From Myxococcota bacterium (GTDB lineage: Bacteria > Myxococcota_A > SURF-8), in contig OZ223209.1 in assembly GCA_965140415.1 (NCBI GenBank), positions 3,104,001 through 3,168,000 of the forward strand: 64,000 bases of DNA, given 5' to 3'. The notes under the pieces are model-generated. The model saw nothing but the letters and a program-made list of their open reading frames with translations, was not told where the DNA came from and ran no database searches. How positions within the stretch are numbered: position 1 is the stretch's first letter; the number at the start of each line of letters is the position of its first letter. Shown in pieces: positions 35,750 through 46,048 of this stretch. The translations under genes were made by a program, and so were the position numbers.

Positions 35750-38094
35750 ATGGCCTCCCGATCAGAAGGATTCACTGCTTCGGAATTTGCAGGACTCCAT
35801 AGCACCCGAACCGGAATCAACTCGGACTTCTCCAGGCTGGCTGGGAAGGCGAAATCGATTGATTTTTGAATAATCGGCAGATAAGACTTCGCTGGTTGAA
35901 ACTCCTGATTGCTAATAAGAAACTGTGGATCGATAAACATTTCAATACGTTCGTACTTCTTCAGGTCTCTCTTTAGCTTTTGCGAGTAGCTTTTGCATTT
36001 TTGTTCATCGATCAAATTACTAATTTCCCGGCAGCGCGAAAGCAGTTTTTCCATTTCGATCCGATGTCGGTCGCTTGGCGATTTATCCAACAAGACTTGC
36101 AGGTCGTTTCTTAACGTGTCGTTAGATGTAAACAGCTTAGAATAATGCTTTTCCCGTTCGCTGACGCGGAAAAGCTTTCGTGTCCACTCAACTCCTTCCA
36201 ATCGCAGCCGATTCAATAACAGATCCGCACCAATAGCGCAACTGGCCGGAAACAATGCCGTCATCGACATCCTATCATGGCGTGCATCCGACGCCAGATA
36301 CAGACCGGCGTTTTGGTCCTGGCCATGCGGCATATAAAGGACCAAGCGTTTTGAATCTTTCGATAAAGAACGAATCATCGAGAAGCATTGAATCCGCTTC
36401 GCTTTATATGTATCTGCCAAAACGAGATAGCCATCGGAAACATCTGCTAGCACACACGCAAGCAATATCACTAGAGAAACCAGAACCGCTTTTCGTTTTG
36501 CAAGGTAGTTTAACGTAGCGGAAAGCACCAGCATGAACGGCACGATGTAGATCAGCGAATAGCGCCATTGGTTGAATCCGTGCATCGAATTCGCAAATAT
36601 GAACACCGCCATAAAACCGAGTATTACAATCTGCAAGGCACGAACACGTTTTATCCCAATTCCGATCAGTGAGAATAAAAACACCAATTTCATCAGAATA
36701 TTCGGTGGATTCAGAAAATATTGCAAGGTGTCGTGGCCGAAACCGGCGGACAACTTCAGTAGACGTCGGCCACTTGTATCCGAGAAATCCGTGAAGAATG
36801 GGGCGAACCATAATCCGATCATGACTAGAGCCAGCAGTGAAGGCACAAATGCCCAAACAAGATCTTTTCTCCAACTTCTATACTTTGAAGACTGACGAAT
36901 ATAGCAGAACAAAATGAGTGCAAGAGATGGCAGCAGAAGCAGAAATTCTTGCTTTAGAGCAGAGGCAAAGAAAAGAGCAAAGCTACTGCAAAGCATCAGA
37001 AGCAGCTTCATCAATCCATGTTGTCGTATTGCCAGCATGGCTAGATACCATGCCAGTGCAAAAGCGGTTGCAGCAGGTAAATAAGTAGAAACGGTTGTAC
37101 TGTACCCCAGCACGGCAGGATTGATCAAGACAAGAAGCGCGGCAAGGATCGCCGTGGGCAGGTTACGAAAATACTCCCAGCCTACCAATAGCGTCAATGA
37201 TGGCAGGAGAATCCCCCAGAAACGCATGGAAAGAAAAATGGCATCCGGATTGTCTGCCAATAACCGAATCGGTGCACGAAGCATTGTTAAAACAGTTCCA
37301 TTGGCAGAAATCGACCCGCTCAGGATCCAGTCATCGATGCCACGTGCAACCGCCAGCATAAGCAAGTCGTCGTTTTGCATATGCAACAGCACATCCGGTA
37401 AGAATAGCCGCAAAACTCCGCTTGCGATGGACACCACCAGTAATGAATACCCCAGAGCGGGCACTGACCGATTCGGAAGATATAAGGCGAACAGAAAAAT
37501 GGAAAGCGCAAGGAAAACGATTCCTTTGTGGAACCAGGAAAGCGGTTGTTCATCTTTCCCAAGTTGAATCGGTTCGGATGCCAAACGGCCACTGCGAGAG
37601 ATACTGCCACCAGTAACACTCCAGGCTTTTGCAGGCTTTTCGACTTTTACCCACAACGCTTCTATTTCACTCCATCGGTCACGTTGCTGGACCCATTCTA
37701 TCCAAGCGACTCTCACATCCGCCTGTTCGACACTCTTATTAAAAGAGCAAAGTTCAAGTTGCCCGTCATCTGCTGGAAGACACCCTTCATGCTTCGTCCC
37801 TGAGTCGATCCTACGCAGAACGAAACCTGTTTTAGTCGGGGACGATTCTTGGTTCGTCTTAAAAGTCAATAGAATCGAATTGGCATTGATTTTTAGAGAG
37901 GTCAGGCGGCCATGCTGGCTTTGCCAGCTATTCGGAGGAGTCAGAGCCGTTCTGACCTGCTGTTCCATTTGCTCGGGAATGGCATAGTCAGCCCAGACAT
38001 TTGCAGGCTTTGCCATCAACACGAAGAGTAAAAGCGCGAGGTGTCCCAAGGCTATAACAATCGGTTTCCCTGTTACAGACACTCTGCTTTTCAT
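35734..38094 (-). CDS. Large polytopic membrane protein, GT-C-fold (ArnT/PMT-like) candidate
   Basis: Signal peptide, periplasmic N-domain, GVLRL...QNDD loop, AALLVLINP, LKQE, WRY; overlaps the GT2 gene start. Confidence 0.55.
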   Translation of the reverse strand: MKSRVSVTGKPIVIALGHLALLLFVLMAKPANVWADYAIPEQMEQQVRTALTPPNSWQSQHGRLTSLKINANSILLTFKTNQESSPTKTGFVLRRIDSGTKHEGCLPADDGQLELCSFNKSVEQADVRVAWIEWVQQRDRWSEIEALWVKVEKPAKAWSVTGGSISRSGRLASEPIQLGKDEQPLSWFHKGIVFLALSIFLFALYLPNRSVPALGYSLLVVSIASGVLRLFLPDVLLHMQNDDLLMLAVARGIDDWILSGSISANGTVLTMLRAPIRLLADNPDAIFLSMRFWGILLPSLTLLVGWEYFRNLPTAILAALLVLINPAVLGYSTTVSTYLPAATAFALAWYLAMLAIRQHGLMKLLLMLCSSFALFFASALKQEFLLLLPSLALILFCYIRQSSKYRSWRKDLVWAFVPSLLALVMIGLWFAPFFTDFSDTSGRRLLKLSAGFGHDTLQYFLNPPNILMKLVFLFSLIGIGIKRVRALQIVILGFMAVFIFANSMHGFNQWRYSLIYIVPFMLVLSATLNYLAKRKAVLVSLVILLACVLADVSDGYLVLADTYKAKRIQCFSMIRSLSKDSKRLVLYMPHGQDQNAGLYLASDARHDRMSMTALFPASCAIGADLLLNRLRLEGVEWTRKLFRVSEREKHYSKLFTSNDTLRNDLQVLLDKSPSDRHRIEMEKLLSRCREISNLIDEQKCKSYSQKLKRDLKKYERIEMFIDPQFLISNQEFQPAKSYLPIIQKSIDFAFPASLEKSELIPVRVLWSPANSEAVNPSDREAIWTAP

Positions 38095-38227
38095 TGATTC
38101 CCCTTTGTGTAACGATCCGATCCTAGATTTGAAGTCTATCCTGTAGCATCGAAGAATTTCATGAATAAATCAAGTATATTTGCCTAACCCTCCGCTGCGA
38201 ATCTGACGGTTTTATCAGGTCTTTCGA

Positions 38228-40993
38228 TTACGGAGCGGATTGAATGCCGCCTTGTTGTTGTTGTCGTTTTAAGCGCGACAGAGGGGCCGTTATTCTTGGG
38301 TAAACATCGGCAAGGGCTTCAAGCAGCCAGTTGTACTGAGTTGGAATTTCAAGGACGGAGGGATACCGGACGAAATCGTTGTAGCTGTTGTTCATGTAAT
38401 AGGTTGTGTCCAGCGTCCCCTTTTGATCGAGTGAGTTCTGTACAAGGATTACTTTCGATGGGATTCTGCCAACGATGGTCGCATTGTCAACCGCATCGAA
38501 AAACCACCCTCCCAGATCGTACTCACCCAAAACGAGGAAATACCGACTGGAATCTTCGCCCTTTGGAGTCAATGACATTCGGAATGTATATGCCTGAATC
38601 AGATTGAATGGTCCGGACTGATGAATCGCGTTGAGAGTGCTCGGGTAAAGTTTTTCCTGCCATCGGCTGATATAGCACGTCGAACTGGCGGTTTTGCAAT
38701 CTTCTGCTTGCATGGAAATGTTTGTGAAAAGTGCAGAGTAATCTATTTCCTCAGATGTTTTTTCCCCATCATCAAAATGGGCTTCGTAAAAGTCGAAATA
38801 TTTCATGCGAATCTGTACATTCTGACGGGAAAGCCAGGGTTCAATTGGCAAAATCACGATTGCCCGTCCCCTGTTGCTTGATAAAAGAGTGATATCTTTG
38901 GGTAGCTTTTTCGGAAGCGTTTTCTTGGACACTTTTAATATCAATAGGTCACGTTTGTCATCGACCCTTTTCTGGCAATTAACCATTGGTTCAGGTTCAA
39001 ATAGCAACATGGCTTTTGCAAAGTAGGGTTGACTGACCGTCCGCACACGCTGGCACAACTCTGAATAAGTGTACCCTTTCTCATAAAGATAACCAGAGAC
39101 GCGTTCTACATCTTGCATGTTCCATCTCGTTTTAGCTTCTGTCACGAAAACACCGCTGGCAAGTAAATACAAATAGGAAAAGGACAAAAGTAACGGGATA
39201 GCCAATGCGAAAGAGCGAAAGAAATATCTGCCGGACATCTGCATTTGAAGAAGCGATGCAAGTCTGGCAGTCACTAGCATGGTCAATCTCGCCGCCATTA
39301 CAGCCAGTCCAGGGATTACCGGTTGCAGATAGTAAATGAAGAAATAGCGACGCTCGATCACAGCAAGTCCGAACAGCGCAAAACAGACGAATATAGTAAC
39401 TCCTCCGGTAAAGACCATTGGTCCTACATCACGGTGATGATCTTGAATTCGTGAACGAAATCCCCATCCTGTAACGACAATGACAAGGAAAATCAAACCG
39501 ATGTAGGACAGGTAGCCCTCAGAGGCAAACCACTTGAGATTTTCCATATTTGCAGAATATGAAGAGTATAACGAGAGTTCTACAAACACGAACACCGTGG
39601 CAATGGTGACCCAAACCGGTCGCTTGGAAAATAGAATGGTCACCAAAATAAGCGCTGGAAATAAAATCGAATTGACGATATGCATTTCAACTGCCGAGTA
39701 CAAGAAAACAGCAGCTAGCACAGCGTAGATCCCACTGCCACGACGAACAAGGAGGAAGACAAAAAGATGAACCAACAATACCGGCAGAAACGAAACGGAT
39801 AAATTCCATAAGATCGGGTAGTTCATCATAAACAAACTGAATGGCAGCAGAAACAGTGCGATAAAAACCGCGCTTCGTCGAGAAAGAAAAATCAGTGAAA
39901 TCCAATAACAAAGTGAAACGGATATTCCGTAGGTAACATTAACCCATAAGTGAATCTGTCCGATTGAAAGTCCTAATTTCTGACAAAAAGCAAAGAAGTA
40001 AATGGGAAGAGCTCCCATTGTGATGGTTCGAAATCCGGTTTGAGGACCGGTTTGAAAGCAATTGTTCAGTAAAAAGCAGTCTTTACCCCAGATTAGGTAC
40101 TTGAATGTGTCATCAAATAGTGGCGGTTTGAAGTCGAGCAATACTAAAACAAGGGTTGTAATCAATCCTAAAATCAAGCCGATTGCAATCGAACGACGCC
40201 TCTCTCTTGGGTTCCATGAGGATAGGTTGTCACCATAATTGTAGCGGAATCCGAAACTGAAGATTAAAAATCTTCCAATTGAGAAGAGCACATGGTTCAG
40301 CAGGTGAAAGTGTCCGTTTATCGTTGCTTCAACATTCCGAAGCGATAATCGCTTCGAAAATTTCAGCGAAAACAGGACAAAGGTCAAATATAAAAAGATA
40401 CTGTAAACAACCCATCGAAGTACGGATATCGTTTTCGTTAAATGATCACGCGTTGTAGCCGCCAGATTCTTGTTATCAAGCCTTAATTTTTGACTGATAC
40501 CCCGTTCTGACTTCTGCTTTAGCAGTGGATCGATGCGTTTGTTTATAAATGGCTTATGTTCGGGGTCGCTTTCCCATTCCTGTAAAAGATTGCGAACCAG
40601 CAAAAACAATTCATTATCGGCAGATTCACCGGCAATGGGTTGAACTTTGTAAGTATGGGTTGCCCAACGAGATGGCTTTTGAGATTGATTGTAAACCACT
40701 TCAACCGCAGATGAAACATCTCCATACTTAAAGAAAAAACGAACATATTCAGGTTGCCGTTCGATGTTTGTAACAATCCACTTCGATGCAAGAACCTCTC
40801 CTGCTGCGATTGGCAATCCACCGTTTTCTTCCGCAAAAGCGTAGGAATTACAAGAAAGAATTGATAAGAGGATCGGAAAAAACAAGAAAAACGATAATTC
40901 TTTGAAAAAGGAAAAAGACCCGCAACTTGTGTATTGCAGTCGAACGCCCAAAGCATTTCGTCTTGCCGACTGACTTTTCTGGTTCAATTCCAT
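38228..40993 (-). CDS. Large polytopic membrane protein, GT-C-like (paralog of 26511-29120)
   Basis: Collinear blocks with 26511-29120: W.i..I..QPE.V, QP..GE, PL.DD...YL.W..DC....NC...GP, MG.LP, E.H.iN, GY.YS. Confidence 0.55.
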   Translation of the reverse strand: MELNQKSQSARRNALGVRLQYTSCGSFSFFKELSFFLFFPILLSILSCNSYAFAEENGGLPIAAGEVLASKWIVTNIERQPEYVRFFFKYGDVSSAVEVVYNQSQKPSRWATHTYKVQPIAGESADNELFLLVRNLLQEWESDPEHKPFINKRIDPLLKQKSERGISQKLRLDNKNLAATTRDHLTKTISVLRWVVYSIFLYLTFVLFSLKFSKRLSLRNVEATINGHFHLLNHVLFSIGRFLIFSFGFRYNYGDNLSSWNPRERRRSIAIGLILGLITTLVLVLLDFKPPLFDDTFKYLIWGKDCFLLNNCFQTGPQTGFRTITMGALPIYFFAFCQKLGLSIGQIHLWVNVTYGISVSLCYWISLIFLSRRSAVFIALFLLPFSLFMMNYPILWNLSVSFLPVLLVHLFVFLLVRRGSGIYAVLAAVFLYSAVEMHIVNSILFPALILVTILFSKRPVWVTIATVFVFVELSLYSSYSANMENLKWFASEGYLSYIGLIFLVIVVTGWGFRSRIQDHHRDVGPMVFTGGVTIFVCFALFGLAVIERRYFFIYYLQPVIPGLAVMAARLTMLVTARLASLLQMQMSGRYFFRSFALAIPLLLSFSYLYLLASGVFVTEAKTRWNMQDVERVSGYLYEKGYTYSELCQRVRTVSQPYFAKAMLLFEPEPMVNCQKRVDDKRDLLILKVSKKTLPKKLPKDITLLSSNRGRAIVILPIEPWLSRQNVQIRMKYFDFYEAHFDDGEKTSEEIDYSALFTNISMQAEDCKTASSTCYISRWQEKLYPSTLNAIHQSGPFNLIQAYTFRMSLTPKGEDSSRYFLVLGEYDLGGWFFDAVDNATIVGRIPSKVILVQNSLDQKGTLDTTYYMNNSYNDFVRYPSVLEIPTQYNWLLEALADVYPRITAPLSRLKRQQQQGGIQSAP

Positions 40994-41426
40994 TTTCGTA
41001 CCAAACTGTAATCCGATACAACAATTATTAATGGCTGGTCGAATTTAAACATCCTGAAATCAGAGATGGTTTGCACTTTGTAGCATCAAAGAAATTTCTC
41101 GATAAATCAAGAACATTTCCTTTGCCCACCCTCAATTGTTTCTACAAGAAATCCAATTGTCATTTAATTGTATCATCTCCGATTCTGCAAAGTAGCTATG
41201 TGTGTGCAGGATAAAAAAGCATGGAAATAGTAAATATATGGAATGCCAAACTATGATTGGCAAGTCGAACCAATAGCTTCAACCTGTCAAACGATCAGGC
41301 AGAAGCAGAGATAATAGAAATTATAAAAATATTCCTTGACATTATTAAGGAAATAACAGAAGCTTCGGGGGTAGTGCAAATTATGACATAAGCAATAACT
41401 ATAAAAGTTTCGTACTAGGAGGAAAC

Positions 41427-42665
41427 ATGCAACGGAAAACGATCATTTCTTTCGTTCTGTCGGTTTTGGCGATGGGTGTATTTGCTACCGCTGCCATGGC
41501 AGAGCCGGTTTCAGTGACAATCAATGGAACCAACACCTATGGTCGCATCAACCTTTTCGAGGATGGGACATACATCGGTCAGTTCAAAGCCTATGAGTTC
41601 GTAGCCCAAACGGATTCCAGCGATGCATTCACTGCATATTGTGCTGAATTGGGTGTTTACATCGATTTCTGGACGCCCTTCGACGGCGAAGCTCTGGCCA
41701 TGTCTCCGGAGGCTCCCTGGTGTCAGATCGCTTACATCTTGGGAAACTACGACGTGACCAACGATTTCAGCGGAAATGTCGTGCAACTGGCAATTTGGAA
41801 ACTGTTGGCCAATGGCGTCACCTTGACCACCGACAATACGGCAGTGGAAGATCAAGCCTTGTTGTTGCTGCAAGAGGCGGAAGGTCAATGCCCGATCATG
41901 TGTACGGGTTCTGTTGAAATGGAACTCTCGGTTGAAAAGCGATCCGACGGTCTGGGACAACTCAACTTGGATGTCACGCAAAACGGCCAACCGGTTGCCG
42001 GTCAAGAAGTGCGACTCAGCGCCTCCATTCCCGAGCTTTTCAGCGCAGGCAACAACGTGATGCTCAACGGTTTTCCGATGACGGACGAAAACGGTCATTT
42101 GGAAGTGGTTTTCGAAATTCCCGAAGGCTTCACCTCGTTTGATGTCACGGCGCGTGTAGATGGTCAGGAACTGGTTTACTTTGAACTGGGCGAATTTGTG
42201 CAGGATCTGGTCTCTCTGGAATATGGCGATGAATGTTCCTACTTCGCCACGGCTACATTCGAAGATAAGATCGTCGGATACGGTGATCCGCATACGATCG
42301 GATTCTGGAAGCATCAAACCAAAGCCAACTTACGTGGCCGCGGCAGAGTGCATGTCAGCGCAGAAACTCTGGAGAGCTGGCTACCGATTTCGGTTTTCGA
42401 TCTGGATGTGAACAGCCTGCAAGAGATGCACAACGCGCTGTGGCTCAAGAAAGCTACCATGTATCAGCGCGCTCAGCAGCAGTGTCTGGCTACCAAACTG
42501 AACGTGGCATACGGAGAGCTGTTCATGAACAGCTTCGTCGATACGGATGGTGACGGCCAGGCGGACAGCACCGTCAGCGAAGCGTTCGCAACGGCGGAAG
42601 ATGAATACTTCAACGGCGATCCTGAAGTCGCCAAGACGATCTGCGATACCATCAACAATCTCTAG
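41427..42665 (+). CDS. Secreted protein with putative Cys-Gln thioester domain (class II TED-like)
   Basis: AGGAGG RBS; SPI signal (AMA-EP); AYCAEL, VQLAIW, Ig-like insert, VQDLV; C-terminal TIGFWK region with DTDGDG. Confidence 0.65.
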   Translation: MQRKTIISFVLSVLAMGVFATAAMAEPVSVTINGTNTYGRINLFEDGTYIGQFKAYEFVAQTDSSDAFTAYCAELGVYIDFWTPFDGEALAMSPEAPWCQIAYILGNYDVTNDFSGNVVQLAIWKLLANGVTLTTDNTAVEDQALLLLQEAEGQCPIMCTGSVEMELSVEKRSDGLGQLNLDVTQNGQPVAGQEVRLSASIPELFSAGNNVMLNGFPMTDENGHLEVVFEIPEGFTSFDVTARVDGQELVYFELGEFVQDLVSLEYGDECSYFATATFEDKIVGYGDPHTIGFWKHQTKANLRGRGRVHVSAETLESWLPISVFDLDVNSLQEMHNALWLKKATMYQRAQQQCLATKLNVAYGELFMNSFVDTDGDGQADSTVSEAFATAEDEYFNGDPEVAKTICDTINNL

Positions 42666-42686
42666 TTCACATTTCCATCGTACTTT

Positions 42687-42711
42687 AAAGGGAGCTTCGG
42701 GCTCCCTTTTT
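42687..42711 (+). terminator. Intrinsic terminator
   Basis: AAAGGGAGC-TTCGG-GCTCCCTTTTT. Confidence 0.8.
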
Positions 42712-42927
42712 CAGTTTTATGCTTGAATCCTTTGCACTTTCCCCATGCAAAATGGTTCTTCTGGTTTTCATTTCCGGTTTTTACACGGATAACCTTGACA
42801 ATAACCGACTTTGATTCCAAGAATAGGGGTGAAAGCGATTGCCTGATTACACATGAACTGGTTTACGGAAGTCTATCTTGAATGCAGGCACATTCAAGTT
42901 TGACGTGTATAGCAGAAAGCGAACCGT

Positions 42928-44061
42928 ATGCGAAAAGCTTCACTTGTCTATTCCCACGAATTGGCTTCTTTTGACTATGGCGACAATCACCCCTTCAAAC
43001 CGATACGTGCCCATAATACAATTGAGCTGTGCAACCGCTACGGCCTATTAGATGGGATGCCGGATGAACAGGTTACTCCCATCTCGGCAGATCGGGCGAC
43101 CATGGAGTTGTTCCACACCTCCGACTATCTGGATCTGCTCAAGCGTTCCAGTGAAGGGGATTATGAGCTTGCCATGCTGGCCAGTGGAATCGGAGGAGAT
43201 GACTGTCCTCCCTTAAGAGGTGTGTATCCCTTCTCTGCTTTGTCTATTGGTGCAACGATGACCGGTGTTGACCTGTTGCTGGATGGCAAAGCCAAGCGGG
43301 CATTTAACCTCGTTGGTGGTTTTCATCATGGCGGACGCGATCATGCAGAGGGATTCTGCTACGTCAACGATGTCGGGGTGGCGATCGAGTATCTTCTGCA
43401 AAAAGGGAAACGAGTTGCGTTTGTCGACATCGATGCTCACCATGGTAATGGTGTGCAGGATGGATTCTACAACGACCCTCGTGTATTGACGATCTCTCTG
43501 CATCAGGTCGGAGAAAACTTCTATCCGCAAACGGGTTTCGAAAACGAAATCGGTGAAGGCGACGGCGTTGGCTACTGCATCAATGTTCCCCTGCTTGAAA
43601 AAACAGACGATCAAGTCTATTTAAATGCCTTTGGTGCGGTGGTGCCACGCGCATTAAAAGCGTTCGCTCCGGACATCGTCATCGCCGAGATCGGTGCGGA
43701 TACCATGATTTCCGATCCGTTAACCAGCTTGAGATTGACGACGAACGGGTATTACTCGGTAATGAAACGGCTGGTTCAGGAGTCTCCCCTGCTGTTGGCT
43801 GTGGGAGGTGGCGGATACGATATCTACCGAACATCCAAATGTTGGACCTTGGCTTGGGCGGCTATGACGGAAGAAGAGCCGGAAGACGACTACAGCGCCA
43901 TGGTCGGCGGGATGATGTACGGTGCGGAAATGGACAGTCTCTTTGATCGACCACTGCTGACACAAGGCGAAGACAAACGCAAAGCTGTTGCGTATGTCGA
44001 AAAAGTTGTGGCGTCTCTGGAAGAATCCGTCTTCCCGATTTTGGAGGCCAAACGTTCATGA
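42928..44061 (+). CDS. acuC: Zn-dependent lysine deacetylase (HDAC/AcuC family)
   Basis: HPFKPIR, GGFHH, GFCYVND, DIDAHHGNGVQ, GADT..SDPL, GGGGY. Confidence 0.8.
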   Translation: MRKASLVYSHELASFDYGDNHPFKPIRAHNTIELCNRYGLLDGMPDEQVTPISADRATMELFHTSDYLDLLKRSSEGDYELAMLASGIGGDDCPPLRGVYPFSALSIGATMTGVDLLLDGKAKRAFNLVGGFHHGGRDHAEGFCYVNDVGVAIEYLLQKGKRVAFVDIDAHHGNGVQDGFYNDPRVLTISLHQVGENFYPQTGFENEIGEGDGVGYCINVPLLEKTDDQVYLNAFGAVVPRALKAFAPDIVIAEIGADTMISDPLTSLRLTTNGYYSVMKRLVQESPLLLAVGGGGYDIYRTSKCWTLAWAAMTEEEPEDDYSAMVGGMMYGAEMDSLFDRPLLTQGEDKRKAVAYVEKVVASLEESVFPILEAKRS

Positions 44062-46046
44062 TTCACTTCGGGGATCTAAAGGTCAAAACCAAACTGGCAG
44101 TAACGTTTTCCGTCGTCCTGATTCCGTTGCTGTTGACAATCGGGCTGGTCATTTACATCTTTTACAGCAGTCTAAAAGAATCCAGCGATCTTGAATTAAC
44201 AAATATTGTCAACCACTTGTATCGACTATGTGAAGTTCACGATCAGCAGATTTCCGAGTCTGGAGGCAATGCAGACTCTCCTAGAAAGTTATCTCGTAAA
44301 GAGATATCGGATCTAAGCAAGGTCATAGCGACTTTCAAAGTGGGGCTTACCGGTTATCCATATGTAATGGACAGCAAAGGGACACTGATCATCCACCCGG
44401 AAAAGGCGGGTGAGAACATTATCGATAGTCGGGACAGCAAAGGCTTTGCGTTTATTCGGGAAATTTGCAATCAAGCGGTTCACCTGGACTCGCATGATGT
44501 GGGCACGATTCGCTATCCTTGGAGAAATACTCCAAGCGAATCCGTAGCGCCTAGAATGAAAGTGCTGAAATTCAAATATTTCAAAGAATGGGACTGGATT
44601 ATCGCCGCCGGTAGTTACGAAATGGAAATCTATTCCGGCTTGGGGCGTATCAAGTGGCTTGTCATTCTGTTCATGACTATTACGGTGGGCTTGGTCGCCC
44701 TGTTGACGTATATGCTCGGACACTACATCACAAGTCCATTAAGCCAGATTACAAAAGCCACCAGTATGATGGCTAACGGAGAAGATCCTCCACCTATCGT
44801 TCTCACTCGGCGCAAAGACGAACTTGCCAAACTGGTCGGCGCGTTCAACCATATGGCGGACCAGATCAACGAAAAGACCGAAGATCTTGAACGAATGGTT
44901 GAAAAGCGAACGGAAGAACTGTGGGAGTCGCGAGAAACGTACCGCAGTTTGGTGGAAAGCACCATTGACGGCATTATCATGGCGGACAACAAGGGAACCA
45001 TCAAGTTCATCAATGCCGGAATGGAAAAAATGATCGGTGTGCCGCGTATGGCGGTGATCGGCCAGAAGATCTGGGATTTGTATCCGACCGGAATCGAACA
45101 GGCCAAAGAGATCATGCGCCGCCTGAAGGAAAGGGGCAACATCACCAATTACGAAATGGAGTTGTTGACCACTTCAGGCAATGTGATTCCCATTCGAACG
45201 AGCGCGTCACTGTTGCGTGACCGATTTGGAAAAGAGCAAGGCAGCCTGGGAATCTTTTCAGATATGACCTCGGAAAAGCATCTGCAAAGCGAATTGAAAA
45301 AGGCGCAGACACAACTCTTCCAGATCATGAAAATCCGGGCGCTGGGCGATCTGGTATCCGGTGTTGCCCATGAAATCAACAATCCGTTGATGGCGGCCTC
45401 TACCATGTTGTACGTCATGAACAACGAAAAATGCCTGCAAGACTGCCCCAATAAAAGTCGACTTGATGTAATCAAGCGCTGCCACGACAGGATCGCGTCG
45501 ATTGTCAACCATCTGCGGGAATTCTCCCGACAGACCGACTTCACCATGCAGGAAATGAACGTCAATGAGTCAATCGAAAACGCGCTCCTGATCACCACGC
45601 AACAACTGTTGAATCTACAGATTAATATCGAAAAGGATCTGGAACCGGATCTGCCTTTAATTCAAGGTGACTTCAACAGGCTGGAACAGGTTTTCCTGGA
45701 TCTTATCGCCAATTCCAGAGATGCCATGAGCGAACGAGAGCAGGAGAATCGTACTCTCTTCGTCCGTACACGTAAAACCGAGTTGGATGGGCAAGCGGCA
45801 ATCGCCATCGAGATTGGCGACAATGGTCCCGGTATCCCGGAGGAGATTTTAACTAAAATCTTCGATCCGTTTTTCACAACCAAGGAAGTTGGAAAAGGAA
45901 CCGGATTGGGGCTTCCAATCTGCTTCGGCATTATAGAAGAACATGGCGGGCGCATTGAAGGCGCCAATCGTCCCGATGGAGGAGCGGTCTTTACCGTCAC
46001 CCTCCCCCTTACTCACGAATCTACCAAAACGTCAAAGGGAGCATAG
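44058..46046 (+). CDS. Sensor histidine kinase (Cache-HAMP-PAS-HisKA-HATPase)
   Basis: Two TMs around a Cache region (TGYPYVMD, KYFKEWDWII); HAMP DEL..L...FNHM; PAS; GVAHEINNPL; DPFFTTK, GTGLGL; ATGA overlap with acuC. Confidence 0.93.
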   Translation: MIHFGDLKVKTKLAVTFSVVLIPLLLTIGLVIYIFYSSLKESSDLELTNIVNHLYRLCEVHDQQISESGGNADSPRKLSRKEISDLSKVIATFKVGLTGYPYVMDSKGTLIIHPEKAGENIIDSRDSKGFAFIREICNQAVHLDSHDVGTIRYPWRNTPSESVAPRMKVLKFKYFKEWDWIIAAGSYEMEIYSGLGRIKWLVILFMTITVGLVALLTYMLGHYITSPLSQITKATSMMANGEDPPPIVLTRRKDELAKLVGAFNHMADQINEKTEDLERMVEKRTEELWESRETYRSLVESTIDGIIMADNKGTIKFINAGMEKMIGVPRMAVIGQKIWDLYPTGIEQAKEIMRRLKERGNITNYEMELLTTSGNVIPIRTSASLLRDRFGKEQGSLGIFSDMTSEKHLQSELKKAQTQLFQIMKIRALGDLVSGVAHEINNPLMAASTMLYVMNNEKCLQDCPNKSRLDVIKRCHDRIASIVNHLREFSRQTDFTMQEMNVNESIENALLITTQQLLNLQINIEKDLEPDLPLIQGDFNRLEQVFLDLIANSRDAMSEREQENRTLFVRTRKTELDGQAAIAIEIGDNGPGIPEEILTKIFDPFFTTKEVGKGTGLGLPICFGIIEEHGGRIEGANRPDGGAVFTVTLPLTHESTKTSKGA

Positions 46047-46048
46047 CC

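Noticed and set aside
41230-41310. Two hairpins upstream of the thioester-domain gene as a riboswitch
   Set aside because: No recognisable c-di-GMP or other aptamer consensus by eye; an Rfam/Infernal scan would be needed.
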